Positions 10,176 to 20,100 of a DNA stretch of 64,000 bases are shown here, piece after piece. Both the position numbers and the translations under genes were made by a program. This DNA is from Nemertoderma westbladi. Its lineage: Eukaryota; Animalia; Xenacoelomorpha. The DNA is taken from the NCBI GenBank assembly GCA_032718475.1, contig JAUCBJ010008759.1:1-64000 (forward strand). Direction: 5' to 3'. A model generated the notes under the pieces. That model did not search any database. It was not told the DNA's origin and was given only the letters and a program-made list of their open reading frames with translations. The stretch's first letter is position 1, and the number at the start of each line of letters is the position of its first letter.

Positions 10176-13100
10176 TGTTACGGTATATGGCGCTGTATCC
10201 ATATTATTAGTCATCATGCAGTATGCAATATTAGTCCGTTATGCAGTATGCAATATTAGTCTGTTATACTGTACGTAATATTAGTCCATTGTGCAGCATG
10301 ATATTTTAGATAAGGCATAATAACGCAGTGGTATTTAGGTAGGGAAATCAAAACGCCCATATATTTGAAACCATCCATTTTGTATAGTATGTAGCCCTAC
10401 CTACGTAATTTTGTATTAGGATATATGTAGATAGTTCCAGGGTAGCGAGTTTATTCGGACCCTGGATTTTGTGCTTGCTGATATTAGTTTGATAGGGCTA
10501 GCATATAGGGACGCCGTCCTGGCCATTCAGCAGCCAGAGACGTGAACCATTACCATATATGGTAATAATTTGAGCAATAGGGCTACAATCCGGCCTCCTT
10601 ATTGGATTAACTGCTTCCAGGTTGGTCTAATGCTAGCATGGACTGGAGAGCCAATAGGAGAGCGATTGAGTCACCCTATTGCATCATCCCATCCGGATCA
10701 CCTATAAATTGGCGGTGTGCCGGTAGAGCCTTACTGTTCAACCTGTTATCAATCGATTCAACCTTCACTGCTGTTGTACTTGCTGAGCTGTCTCTATTCA
10801 ATTTTGACGGATTTTAGAGTATTTTTGCAATTTGATTAATTTCTTGAAATGATTTGCTAGTGCGATTACTCTTGCTTGTGTTTCTCAATTAATTCCTTCG
10901 ATTACTGCTAATTACAACTGAACTATGATTTCTACCTTTTGATTAATGGTTCTATGTGATTCTTTTCTGCGCAATAATCCTAAGGGATTTCTGAGACTGT
11001 CAGACTTTGTGATTTGCATGCGCCGCTACGGTAGCTATTAGCATAATGGAGGGCTAAGGCGCCAGTGGGCGGTGGGCACATCGGGGGGTTGAGCGACTAA
11101 GGGAGAGCGGAGGATTCAAAAGCGGGCAACGCTGGCGGGGGTCAACGTTGCGGTCGGGCAGTTTGGACTGTGGGTTGGAGACCGCTCGCCGGTACAGTAA
11201 TTAGGGGGCTGATGATCCAAGGTTTTGTCTCTATTTAGTATTAGGGGGCAGGAATTGGGTTAGTTAGGAAGCCTAGATGTACCCGGGAGGGGCCTGCATA
11301 CCTTACAGTAAGTAAGTAAGTGGGTAAGTAAGTAAGTAAGTTGCGAAGTAAGTAGATTGCGAATTAGTCAATTGCGAATTATTATGTTGCGAATTATATA
11401 ATTGCAGATTGTATAATTGCAAGTCGTGCTATTGTGATCTGTGATTGCTGACGCTGATTGGTGTGTTACTGAAGTGTGCCTATGATTACGAATGCTTAGG
11501 TAGGCGCCCCCTTTCCTTTTGATTGATTTCTATCTCTTAGTTTACTGTAAATAATTACTGATTAGGTCAAAGTAATACAGTATTTTAGGCTGTTACATAT
11601 TTGTGACTGTAATTAATTAGTAAAATTAAGAATTAGTACGCAGCATAGCGGAGAGTAGCTAAGGTAATAATTAGAGTACCGTAAACTATTCACGTTGAGC
11701 GGTTATTTGAATTAGCGGGCAATAAACTAGATCGCAATAGTTAGTACGCAAGACACTAGTAAGTTGCTGGCCTAAAGCCAGCTGCAGGCAAGTTTAGACC
11801 CAGAGCGGTAACACCTACGAAAGACATTGTACTGTACCAATTTTGATTATTTTAAATATTCTCGCATTCACACATTCCGTTAGGGAAACCCCAGTATTCG
11901 CGATTAGAAAAGACGTAGGCATTAGCGTACTTCAACAGTAGTAAAATTAGGCGTAAGAATATACTCTGAGTGCAAAGCCCCTCGCACTCGTCTTAAGTAA
12001 GCTTAGGGAGCCGACTCGGGTTTATTGTTTTGGTTATTCCCGCGTGGCTCATAGATTCGAACAGTTAGCTCTCTATCGAGCGATCGGTAGAGAAAGGAAC
12101 AAGCGATTTTGCAGGAGCTGTGTAAATTTAGTAAAATATATTAGCGGACGGCAGATTAGCGCCATCCAACGGTAAGTAGCGGTTTTGTATTTAGCAACCT
12201 TTACAATTTAGTAATAGCACGCTCCTGATCCCCTTTACTTAACAGTAGAGCAGTCTTTGTGTCTTATTCTGTTATTGGTTAGGCGAGAGCTCATTAGGTT
12301 GGCAGAGAGGTATACGGGTATTTGTCTGTTCAACAGTTCTGCTGTTAGTATAGGTGTCGCGGTTGTTTAACAGTAAGGTATGTGTTATTGTCTGCTGTAG
12401 GCCTACCGCGTACAGTAGGACATAGAGTATATTCTTAGGCCGTGAAGATTTAGATTTACTGATACTTCGTAACAGTAAGGTATGTTTTTATTGGCTGTTG
12501 CTTGCAGCGGTCAATAGTGTATTCTTAGGCTGTTGTTTAGATTACTGTATTCACTGGTTGCGTACGATAGTACAGTAGTACATTAGGCTGATTGCTGTTA
12601 CTGCGTACGGTAGAAGGGACATTTGTTTTGCCGTACCACACACAGTATCATTAGGCTGTTAGGTTGGTGTACTGTTTTACTTACTGTACTGCATACAGTG
12701 GATGTACGGTAGTGCGTTTTTACTAATTGCGAATGCAGCAGTTCCTTAGGCCTTAGGGCAAATTACTGAATTATAATTAGTAAGTTTTTTGGAAATTTTA
12801 GCTAGGTTTGCGAGAATTCAGTTTCGGTCAAAATTATTTTGTAAAATTCTAGAGTTTTGTACCGGTATGTTAGGTAACCGTTTAGTTATTTTATACCATC
12901 TGGAGATACATGGCAAGACGGAACTTCTGAGTTTGGGGTTCGTGTGGGTCTGCGGGTTCGGTTTGCAATCAGCGAAGGGACTGAATCTTTGGACGCGGAC
13001 GTGGAATCTCACAGCAAACAAGGTTAGTTGTTCTGTTGGCACCACTGTGTTTGTGGAAGCAGTAAAAAATTACCGGTTGTTTAACTGCGAAGCTGAACTC

Positions 13101-16100
13101 AATTTATTAGTTAGGATATTTAGGTTTAGCCGGCCATGGTTTTTGAATCGCTCAAGTTAGAGAGAGAGTTAGAGAGAGTCGCAACCCGAAGATGTAGCCA
13201 CGCGCTAGTGGATACATATAATATTTGAAATTAAAATTACGTTGATTAGAGCTATATATAAAATTAGAAATATTCGGGTGGCAAGTTTATTTTGAATATT
13301 TTGTATTAGATTCAAGGTTATTTTGTGCTATACCGGTATTTAATATTATATAGTAGCTATATAATAATATTTTGTTTAAATATTGTGCTAGTATTTGCTA
13401 TAACTATATACCCCATTAAATTCACAATATTGCATTGCGAATTTATTTGACATTTTGGACCAACTGATTATTTGACAATTAATTTGACCGTATTTCGGTT
13501 AAATTATAATTATATCTCGAACTTTTGCGAGATTTTTGCCGGAAGGCAAACATTATTAAGACTATGAGTGTCTCAGACAAAGAGGCACTAGAGGACAGCT
13601 ATGAGACGGCGGCTGGACCGCCGACTGACGATAGCGTAAATATTACTGTTGACGACAATGCCGACTATGACGACGCAGCGAGTGACGCTGACGTAAGTGA
13701 ACAGGAGGACGAGACAGTGACTAGTGAGGAAGAAGAACTACCTCAGGTAATAGTATTAGGATCCCCTACCACTACTGTAAGGAAGGACCGCACAGCAGCC
13801 CGGACAGAGGTGAGTGATAGGGAGGGTAGTGTAGCAGAAGCGAGAGCCCGGAGCCCGGTTTCCAGACCTGTGGGTATGGTAAGTGCCGTGGTCCCAACGG
13901 CTGTTAGGAGTACCCGTAGTTCCCGAAATAATCCTTCAAGTCCACCGAGTGTGAGTCAGGTAAGCGAGAGAGAACTTGATATCGCGATAAAGAAGAAACT
14001 TCGCGCGCACGCCGGACATATAACTCGGACGACGGACAAGGTAAGGAAGATGTTAGCCGACTCAGCGAACATCGGACGGGAAGGGTTAGTAGAGATTAGA
14101 AGAGGATATAACTCAGCGTTATTCAAGCAGACGGAGGAGCTTGCAGTCCTAGCGAAGAAGGCAGTAGAGTCTCAGTCGAGCGACGTGGCGACGAGGATTT
14201 ACGACAGGGTTTTAGCAGCCTTGTTGGAGCACCGCGAGTTATCGGAGCGATTCCGACGAGTTAGGACGGAGAACTGGCTGCTATGGGCATCACAAACGCA
14301 GGCGACTCAGGTGAGTGACGCAGAGTCGAGAGATTTAGTGGAGCGGGAAGAGACGCAAGATAAGGAGGAGCGCCTGGTACCGGGCCAGGTGCTACCGACG
14401 ACGGAGAATATCCAACAGAGAACGTTAACTCCACCCGACAACGCATCTAGAGGCAGTGGCGATTCCCAGGTTAGTCACGCGCGAGGGAAAGTTATATGTG
14501 CTAGATCCCTTGTTTCTCACAACTCGGCGGAGGAGAGAAGACGCCGACTAGACGAACAGCAGGCGGAAGTTTTGCGTGCATCGGAAGCACGGAAGGAAGC
14601 TGAGCGGGAACGGGAGCGCGCACGTAAGTTAGACGCAAAGTTGCGGGAGTTGGAAGACAAAGGTAAGCGTGAGCAAGCGGAACGCGAACGAAAAGAACGC
14701 GAACTCCAACTGAAACGCGAACAGAAAGAACGCGAACTCCAACTTGAACGCGAACGGGAAGCGAAGAAACGCGAACTCCAACTCGAACGCGATCAGGAAG
14801 CGAAGAAACGCGAACTCCAACTCGAACGCGAACAGAAAGAACGCGAACTCGAACTTGAACGCGAACGCAAGGAACGCGAACTCGAGATCGAGAAGGAGCG
14901 ACAGATGTTGTATGAAGAAAAGGCGCGACTGGAAGAAGAGAGCGTAGCGAGACGAGCGAGGGAAGAAGAAGAACGTAAACTGGCGCAGTTGGAAAGTGCG
15001 AGATTAAGTTTAGAGAGCGAAGAACGGACTAGGAAGGCGAACGAAATCGCCGAGAAGGGGATGCGAATGATCGAAGAATGTGGGGCGAGTGTAGGGACAG
15101 AGTTGCGAGAACTGTTCGCACTGCAGAAGGCCGAACAGGAAGCGAGAACTCCGGCTATACGTGAGTCGACGACGACCAGAATTCCTATACCCGGTCCAGC
15201 TATTACGAGTACACGGATCGCTAAACCGTTCTCTACATATCGCACGCCAGTTGGTATTAGTGCTTCTCCTATCGCCCAGGATCTACGTCATCGGAACACC
15301 GCACCACTGTATACCGAACGTGACAACGGAGAATTTAGAGAAGAAACTCCGACGGGCCGAGTATTTGGCGAACCGAACCCGAGGGTTTGGAATACGCGGA
15401 CGGAGCGCCGACCCAGTTCGACGGAGAACTTCCGGGTTAAACCGGAAGAGGGATCATATGAGAGACAGCGGATTACTCAGATAGAGCCGACTATACAACA
15501 GAACCCTAGCCAGGAATTTATTACGAGGGATGAGTTAAGTGCTAGTTTAGCGCAAGCTATATCGCCGCACATCCAACCTATAACGGACATGCTTAGCAAC
15601 CTACGGTTAAAGGAAGCAGCCCAGGTCAAAAGTAATTCTAATCCCAGCAGGCCTGAGTTAGATAAAGTCCAGCCTAGTCAACGAGTACGCATATCGGAGG
15701 AGACTATACCACATAGACCTCAGGTAAGGACGCCTGTCCCGAATATTCATAATCCCAATTTCGAAAATTCGGCAGAGAAATTTATTGAGGATGCTTGGGT
15801 CAGGGCCTCGGCGCGCAAACCATCGCGAGCGCTAAGGACTGACACCGAGTCAAGCGATGAAGAGGAAGAAATGAGACGTCAGAAGTCCCGAAACTATAAG
15901 GAAAGAAGGACGGACGCGGAGCAGGTAAGTTGGAACCACCGGGAAAGGACCAGACTTAATAACCCTGCGGAACTAAACCATTTGTTAACCCGGAACGACG
16001 CAACCCTTAGGGACATAGGTAAGTTTGCTGCTAGGCAAGGACTGCCGACGCAACAACCCCAGAAGTTTATGGGTAACCATAAACATTGGAGGACCTTCAA

Positions 16101-19100
16101 AACCTATGTCGACGAGCAGCTAACCAACAGCACCTTTACTCCCAACGAGAAGTTCAACTATTTGCTTCAGATGCTCCATCGAGAACCTAGAGCCATTGCT
16201 GATAACTTCGTCGGCAATGAACGGGCATTCGAGTTAGCGATGAAGACGCTTAGTGACATCTACGGGAATAAAACGAAGATGGCGCAGTCGATAGTAGAAG
16301 ACTTGGGTAAGGGCGGAAGGATTACAACTCCGTTAGAGCTGTTGAACTTAGCGAACGCTATTTCGAACGCATTGGACATCTTGAGGACAGTGAATCTACC
16401 TCATCATGGTGATCACGCCGAAGTTTTGAAAAGCGTAATAAGACGTTTAAACATGCGTTATCGACAGAAATGGCGCAAATTAGAGAATAAGTTGGAGGGC
16501 CAAGGTAAAGTATTGACACTTCAGCATATTCATGACATGATAGCCACAGACGCAGTAGCAGAGATGAAATCAAACTTCTCAGAAGAGAATATGAGGGAGT
16601 CTAAACCTGTTACCGGTAAGTCTATGGTAAGTTTTGACGATGACAGGACCACTGTGACATTTAACTCAGTAGACAGATATAATTCGAGTACCCCAGCCTT
16701 TAGATCAGACTCGCGAGTATGGTCAGGTGAGCGGTTAGATAGACCTAGGTTAAAGCAACAGGAGTTGCCGGATGGATTTGTAGGTTGCCAATACTGTTTA
16801 CTAAAGGAGGTAAGATCTGACGACCATAAGTTAGATAGTTGCAGACGGTTCAAAGAATTAAATTCGGAACAGAGAAGAGTTCAAGTGCGGACGTTGGACA
16901 CCTGTTGGGCATGTCTTGCGCCAGGTCATGTACGGCGGCAGTGCCCGAACAGCAAGGACGGATGCATGGAATGCGGCAGACTACATCACAAGTTGCTACA
17001 TGCGGATTTCCATACCCCAACGGACCGTTACTTACAGCGAAATCCTCACAGGAAGGGGAGCAAAGAACCCGTATCGATAAGGAGGAATACGTACACTGAC
17101 ATCCAAGACGATGGTTACCAACCAGGTTCGTCGGACGAGGATGGCGAGTCGAGCGCAAGAGAAGTGACCTGCCAAGGTTTCACCGCGGATAGTTCATCGA
17201 CCAGCGCACGGACGTATTTATCATCGGCCACGTCGGAAATATTTAGCGTGATTCCGGTGAAACTCACTGGCGATAAGGGATCGAAGCGAATATATGTGAT
17301 GTTGGACACTGCGTCCACATTATCGTATATCGACGAGGAAGTGGCGAGAGCCATTTCTAGCTTCCAGGACGCCGAGGAGATCCAAATAGAGTTGAAGTCT
17401 ATGCATGGGGTAGGAGACCTCAAGGGACACAGAATTTCGGTGGAACTAGATTCCCTACTTCCGAGAGACCAGCATACTCGACAAGAACGGAAAGCTTTGC
17501 CATTGGACGGATTTAAGTGTCTAGCTATGAAGGGATTCGGCAGGCAGTTAGGTAAGGTGCCGCCTATGAGTCCCATAGCACAGGAGTATTTTGACAAGCT
17601 CAGGATACCCAGACACCAGGTAGGTTATAGGAATGTTTCTATGTTGATTGGTGCAGAACAGCTGATCGCACACCAAATATGGGAAACGAGACCAGCTGAG
17701 CCGCATGTCAATGGACCACATGCCCATAGGACCATACTAGGTTGGTATACAAGAGTACCCATGTCTTATGAGTTTACAGGTGGCGACAAGCCAATGGACA
17801 GATACGACGAATTACAGCCTATAACTCAACCACCGTTAGTAGAACCACCAGACATAGACGAGTTTAGGAGAACCTGCATTGACCACTATAGTGACTTTAG
17901 CGAGTCGGACGAGGAGTTGATTCCCGATAATGTTAGGTTGTCGGAACCACTTCATAACGACCGGACAGATAGTGAACCCGAGGACTACTGTTATCAGACC
18001 CGTGGGTCTGGTTCAGCGGCCCACGCTACCTATTTGACTAACGTTTTGACTTATACCGACATAGTGGACGGTCAAGTGGCTAAATATCGAGACCTAGACA
18101 TTTTCCAATACAGTGAGGAGGAATTACAGAAGGAATTGATACGCCAGGACCTCGAGACAGGAGCCAGAACCGTCGAATGGCTGGATAGGGACGCAATGGA
18201 ACCCGGTGGATATGACCTAGCCATGTCTACTGATGAGAAACGGTCGTTGGAGATGATGGAAGACACCATACGTCTGCTACCGACTGGACATTTTGAAGTT
18301 GGAATGTTGTGGCGTCGACAACCACCTAAGTTGGAGAACAACTACAACTTAGCCTTGAAAAGATTGAACGGAGTAAGGGCTCGGTTGTTGAAGAATCCAG
18401 GCATTAGGGAGAAGTATTGCGCCCAGATCAACAACTATTTCGCCAAGGGATTTGCTGGGAAGGTAGAGGACCCTGACTTAGTGACAGACCAGACTTATTA
18501 CCTTCCACACCACTATGTGACTCACCCCGACAAGCCAGACAAAGTCCGAGTAGTCAACGACTGCGCAGCAGTCTATAGAGGTATGTCCCTGAATTCAGAG
18601 TTGATGGATGGTCCCAACCTGAATAACTATTTGATAGGAATACTGTTGCGTTTTAGACAGCGGCGATTCGCATTTACTTGTGACATCGAGGCGATGTTCC
18701 ACCAGGTAAGAGCCTGTAAGGCAGACCAGGATAGCCTTCGCTTTCTCTGGTACGAGAATGAAGACTTATCCGGCCCAGTGGTTACATACCAAATGTACGT
18801 TAGGATATTTGGCGCCCGCGATAGTCCGAACGGCACGCTGTTTGTTCTAAAGAAAACGGCAACAGCCCAGATTGGTAAGTACCCAGTAGAAGTAATCGAG
18901 TCTATATTGAGAAACTTCTATATGGACGACGGATTGGTGTCCAAGGACACGGCGGAACAAGCCATAGAAGTGGCTCACGGCCTGCAAGAGTGCTTGGCTA
19001 CAGGGGGATTTCCTCTGACCAAGTTCACTACGAACTCGGAGGCCCTATTAGAATCGTTCCCGGTGAAAGATCGCGGGAGCGGAGACATAGAATTGGGGGT

Positions 19101-19560
19101 AGAACCAATCCCCATGGCGCGAGTACTGGGACTCGCTTGGAACCCGAACTCAGACAAGTTCCAGGTAAGAGTTAGATTTGAGCCCAGTAGCCCAGACAAA
19201 GTTTTGACAAAGAGGATTTGCTTATCGACATTAAGTAGACTATTTGACCCGATGAACTTTATCAGTCCGGTTATATTACAGGCACGAGCGTGCATGAGGA
19301 AAATTTGGTTGTCCGACGTAGAGTGGGACGAACCAATATCTCCTATACATGCAAAGCAGTGGAGGGAGTGGGAAGCCGAGTTACATCTATTGAAAAACAT
19401 AGACGTACCCCGTTCCTACTTTCCGAATCAGTTGGTATTCCCAGCTGATCTCGAACTGCACTTATTCAGTGACGCAAGTGACACCGGCTTTGGTATGGTA
19501 GCCTACCTTCGCCGAGAGGTAAGTCAGGACAAGTTTGAGACGGCTTTTGTGATTTCTAGA
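10176..19560 (+). mobile_element. BEL/Pao LTR retrotransposon #1 (putative 5' LTR + long leader + gag-pol), 3'-truncated
   Basis: Begins TGTTA right after the minisatellite; CCAAT ~10651 and TATAAA 10703; ORF below. No integrase or 3' LTR, so the LTR boundaries are inferred. Confidence 0.75.
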
Positions 19561-19602
19561 TCTGATGAATTATTTCACTATAAGGTAGCATTTGTAGTTT
19601 AA
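13564..19602 (+). CDS. BEL/Pao Gag-Pol polyprotein (coiled coil, capsid-like, 3 Cys/His knuckles, protease, RT, start of RNase H)
   Basis: KFMGNHKHWRTF...EKFNYLLQML (BEL gag core); CQYC..HKLDSC, CWACLAPGHVRRQC, CMECGRLHHKLLH; protease MLDTAS; RT YYLPHH, KVRVVND, GPNL, DIEAMFHQV, FYMDD; RNase H LHLFSDAS. Uninterrupted until ~19560. First ATG at 13564. Confidence 0.95.
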   Translation: MSVSDKEALEDSYETAAGPPTDDSVNITVDDNADYDDAASDADVSEQEDETVTSEEEELPQVIVLGSPTTTVRKDRTAARTEVSDREGSVAEARARSPVSRPVGMVSAVVPTAVRSTRSSRNNPSSPPSVSQVSERELDIAIKKKLRAHAGHITRTTDKVRKMLADSANIGREGLVEIRRGYNSALFKQTEELAVLAKKAVESQSSDVATRIYDRVLAALLEHRELSERFRRVRTENWLLWASQTQATQVSDAESRDLVEREETQDKEERLVPGQVLPTTENIQQRTLTPPDNASRGSGDSQVSHARGKVICARSLVSHNSAEERRRRLDEQQAEVLRASEARKEAERERERARKLDAKLRELEDKGKREQAERERKERELQLKREQKERELQLEREREAKKRELQLERDQEAKKRELQLEREQKERELELERERKERELEIEKERQMLYEEKARLEEESVARRAREEEERKLAQLESARLSLESEERTRKANEIAEKGMRMIEECGASVGTELRELFALQKAEQEARTPAIRESTTTRIPIPGPAITSTRIAKPFSTYRTPVGISASPIAQDLRHRNTAPLYTERDNGEFREETPTGRVFGEPNPRVWNTRTERRPSSTENFRVKPEEGSYERQRITQIEPTIQQNPSQEFITRDELSASLAQAISPHIQPITDMLSNLRLKEAAQVKSNSNPSRPELDKVQPSQRVRISEETIPHRPQVRTPVPNIHNPNFENSAEKFIEDAWVRASARKPSRALRTDTESSDEEEEMRRQKSRNYKERRTDAEQVSWNHRERTRLNNPAELNHLLTRNDATLRDIGKFAARQGLPTQQPQKFMGNHKHWRTFKTYVDEQLTNSTFTPNEKFNYLLQMLHREPRAIADNFVGNERAFELAMKTLSDIYGNKTKMAQSIVEDLGKGGRITTPLELLNLANAISNALDILRTVNLPHHGDHAEVLKSVIRRLNMRYRQKWRKLENKLEGQGKVLTLQHIHDMIATDAVAEMKSNFSEENMRESKPVTGKSMVSFDDDRTTVTFNSVDRYNSSTPAFRSDSRVWSGERLDRPRLKQQELPDGFVGCQYCLLKEVRSDDHKLDSCRRFKELNSEQRRVQVRTLDTCWACLAPGHVRRQCPNSKDGCMECGRLHHKLLHADFHTPTDRYLQRNPHRKGSKEPVSIRRNTYTDIQDDGYQPGSSDEDGESSAREVTCQGFTADSSSTSARTYLSSATSEIFSVIPVKLTGDKGSKRIYVMLDTASTLSYIDEEVARAISSFQDAEEIQIELKSMHGVGDLKGHRISVELDSLLPRDQHTRQERKALPLDGFKCLAMKGFGRQLGKVPPMSPIAQEYFDKLRIPRHQVGYRNVSMLIGAEQLIAHQIWETRPAEPHVNGPHAHRTILGWYTRVPMSYEFTGGDKPMDRYDELQPITQPPLVEPPDIDEFRRTCIDHYSDFSESDEELIPDNVRLSEPLHNDRTDSEPEDYCYQTRGSGSAAHATYLTNVLTYTDIVDGQVAKYRDLDIFQYSEEELQKELIRQDLETGARTVEWLDRDAMEPGGYDLAMSTDEKRSLEMMEDTIRLLPTGHFEVGMLWRRQPPKLENNYNLALKRLNGVRARLLKNPGIREKYCAQINNYFAKGFAGKVEDPDLVTDQTYYLPHHYVTHPDKPDKVRVVNDCAAVYRGMSLNSELMDGPNLNNYLIGILLRFRQRRFAFTCDIEAMFHQVRACKADQDSLRFLWYENEDLSGPVVTYQMYVRIFGARDSPNGTLFVLKKTATAQIGKYPVEVIESILRNFYMDDGLVSKDTAEQAIEVAHGLQECLATGGFPLTKFTTNSEALLESFPVKDRGSGDIELGVEPIPMARVLGLAWNPNSDKFQVRVRFEPSSPDKVLTKRICLSTLSRLFDPMNFISPVILQARACMRKIWLSDVEWDEPISPIHAKQWREWEAELHLLKNIDVPRSYFPNQLVFPADLELHLFSDASDTGFGMVAYLRREVSQDKFETAFVISRSDELFHYKVAFVV

Positions 19603-19696
19603 CTTTGACTTAAAACTTTTGAAAATCCGACGTATTTTGATTAAGTTACAGTAATGTAATATGCCTATTCATATTTGTACACATAAAACCCTTAGG

Positions 19697-19800
19697 TACT
19701 CTCGTGGCGTAGTGGTCAGATGGTTAAGGCGTTGGTTACATTACGTAGGTTACGAGTTCGAATCCCAGTCGGGAAATTTGTATTTTGGGGCCATTTATTT
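19697..19800 (+). mobile_element. tRNA-like head (SINE-like)
   Basis: A box TGGCGTAGTGG, then GGTTAAGGCG, B box GAGTTCGAATCCC and downstream T runs. Confidence 0.55.
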
Positions 19801-19819
19801 TCGTGTGGTGCTAATTGGT

Positions 19820-20100
19820 AGGCCAATGAGAAGCGTACAACGTAGCGAATAATGAGCCAGGCCAATCATAGGGCATAAATTATCTTATTGCTCAAATGTG
19901 AGGCAGTGGAAAATTCTGTTAGGATTCCATGTCCCAGATTTAGTGTAAGGGCCGGACTGCGTTGAACGATGAGCTGGGCCAATCATAGGGCACGAAGCAC
20001 TTCATTGCTCAATTGTGAAGCTGTGGAAATTTCTGTTTAGTTTCCATGTGCAATTTCTAGTATAAAAAGGCCGGTTTGCCTTCGGTTATCACCTCAGTAC
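19820..20100 (+). promoter_or_regulatory. Putative LTR promoter of BEL element #2: duplicated ~118-bp CCAAT-containing enhancer, TATA and Inr
   Basis: Two diverged copies of atgagc..ggccaatcatagggc...ttccatgt...gggccgg (~19851-19976 and ~19969-20076); TATAAAA at 20061; TCAGT at 20094. Confidence 0.55.

Noticed and set aside
9414-10217. Collagen/extensin-like proline- or glycine-rich ORFs
   Set aside because: Open in several frames on both strands because the 17-bp unit lacks stop codons; no gene context.
19697-19775. Functional tRNA gene (also considered for 2985-3062 and the arms at 61633-61982)
   Set aside because: Pol III-type boxes are present but acceptor and anticodon stems are irregular; better explained as tRNA-derived repeats.
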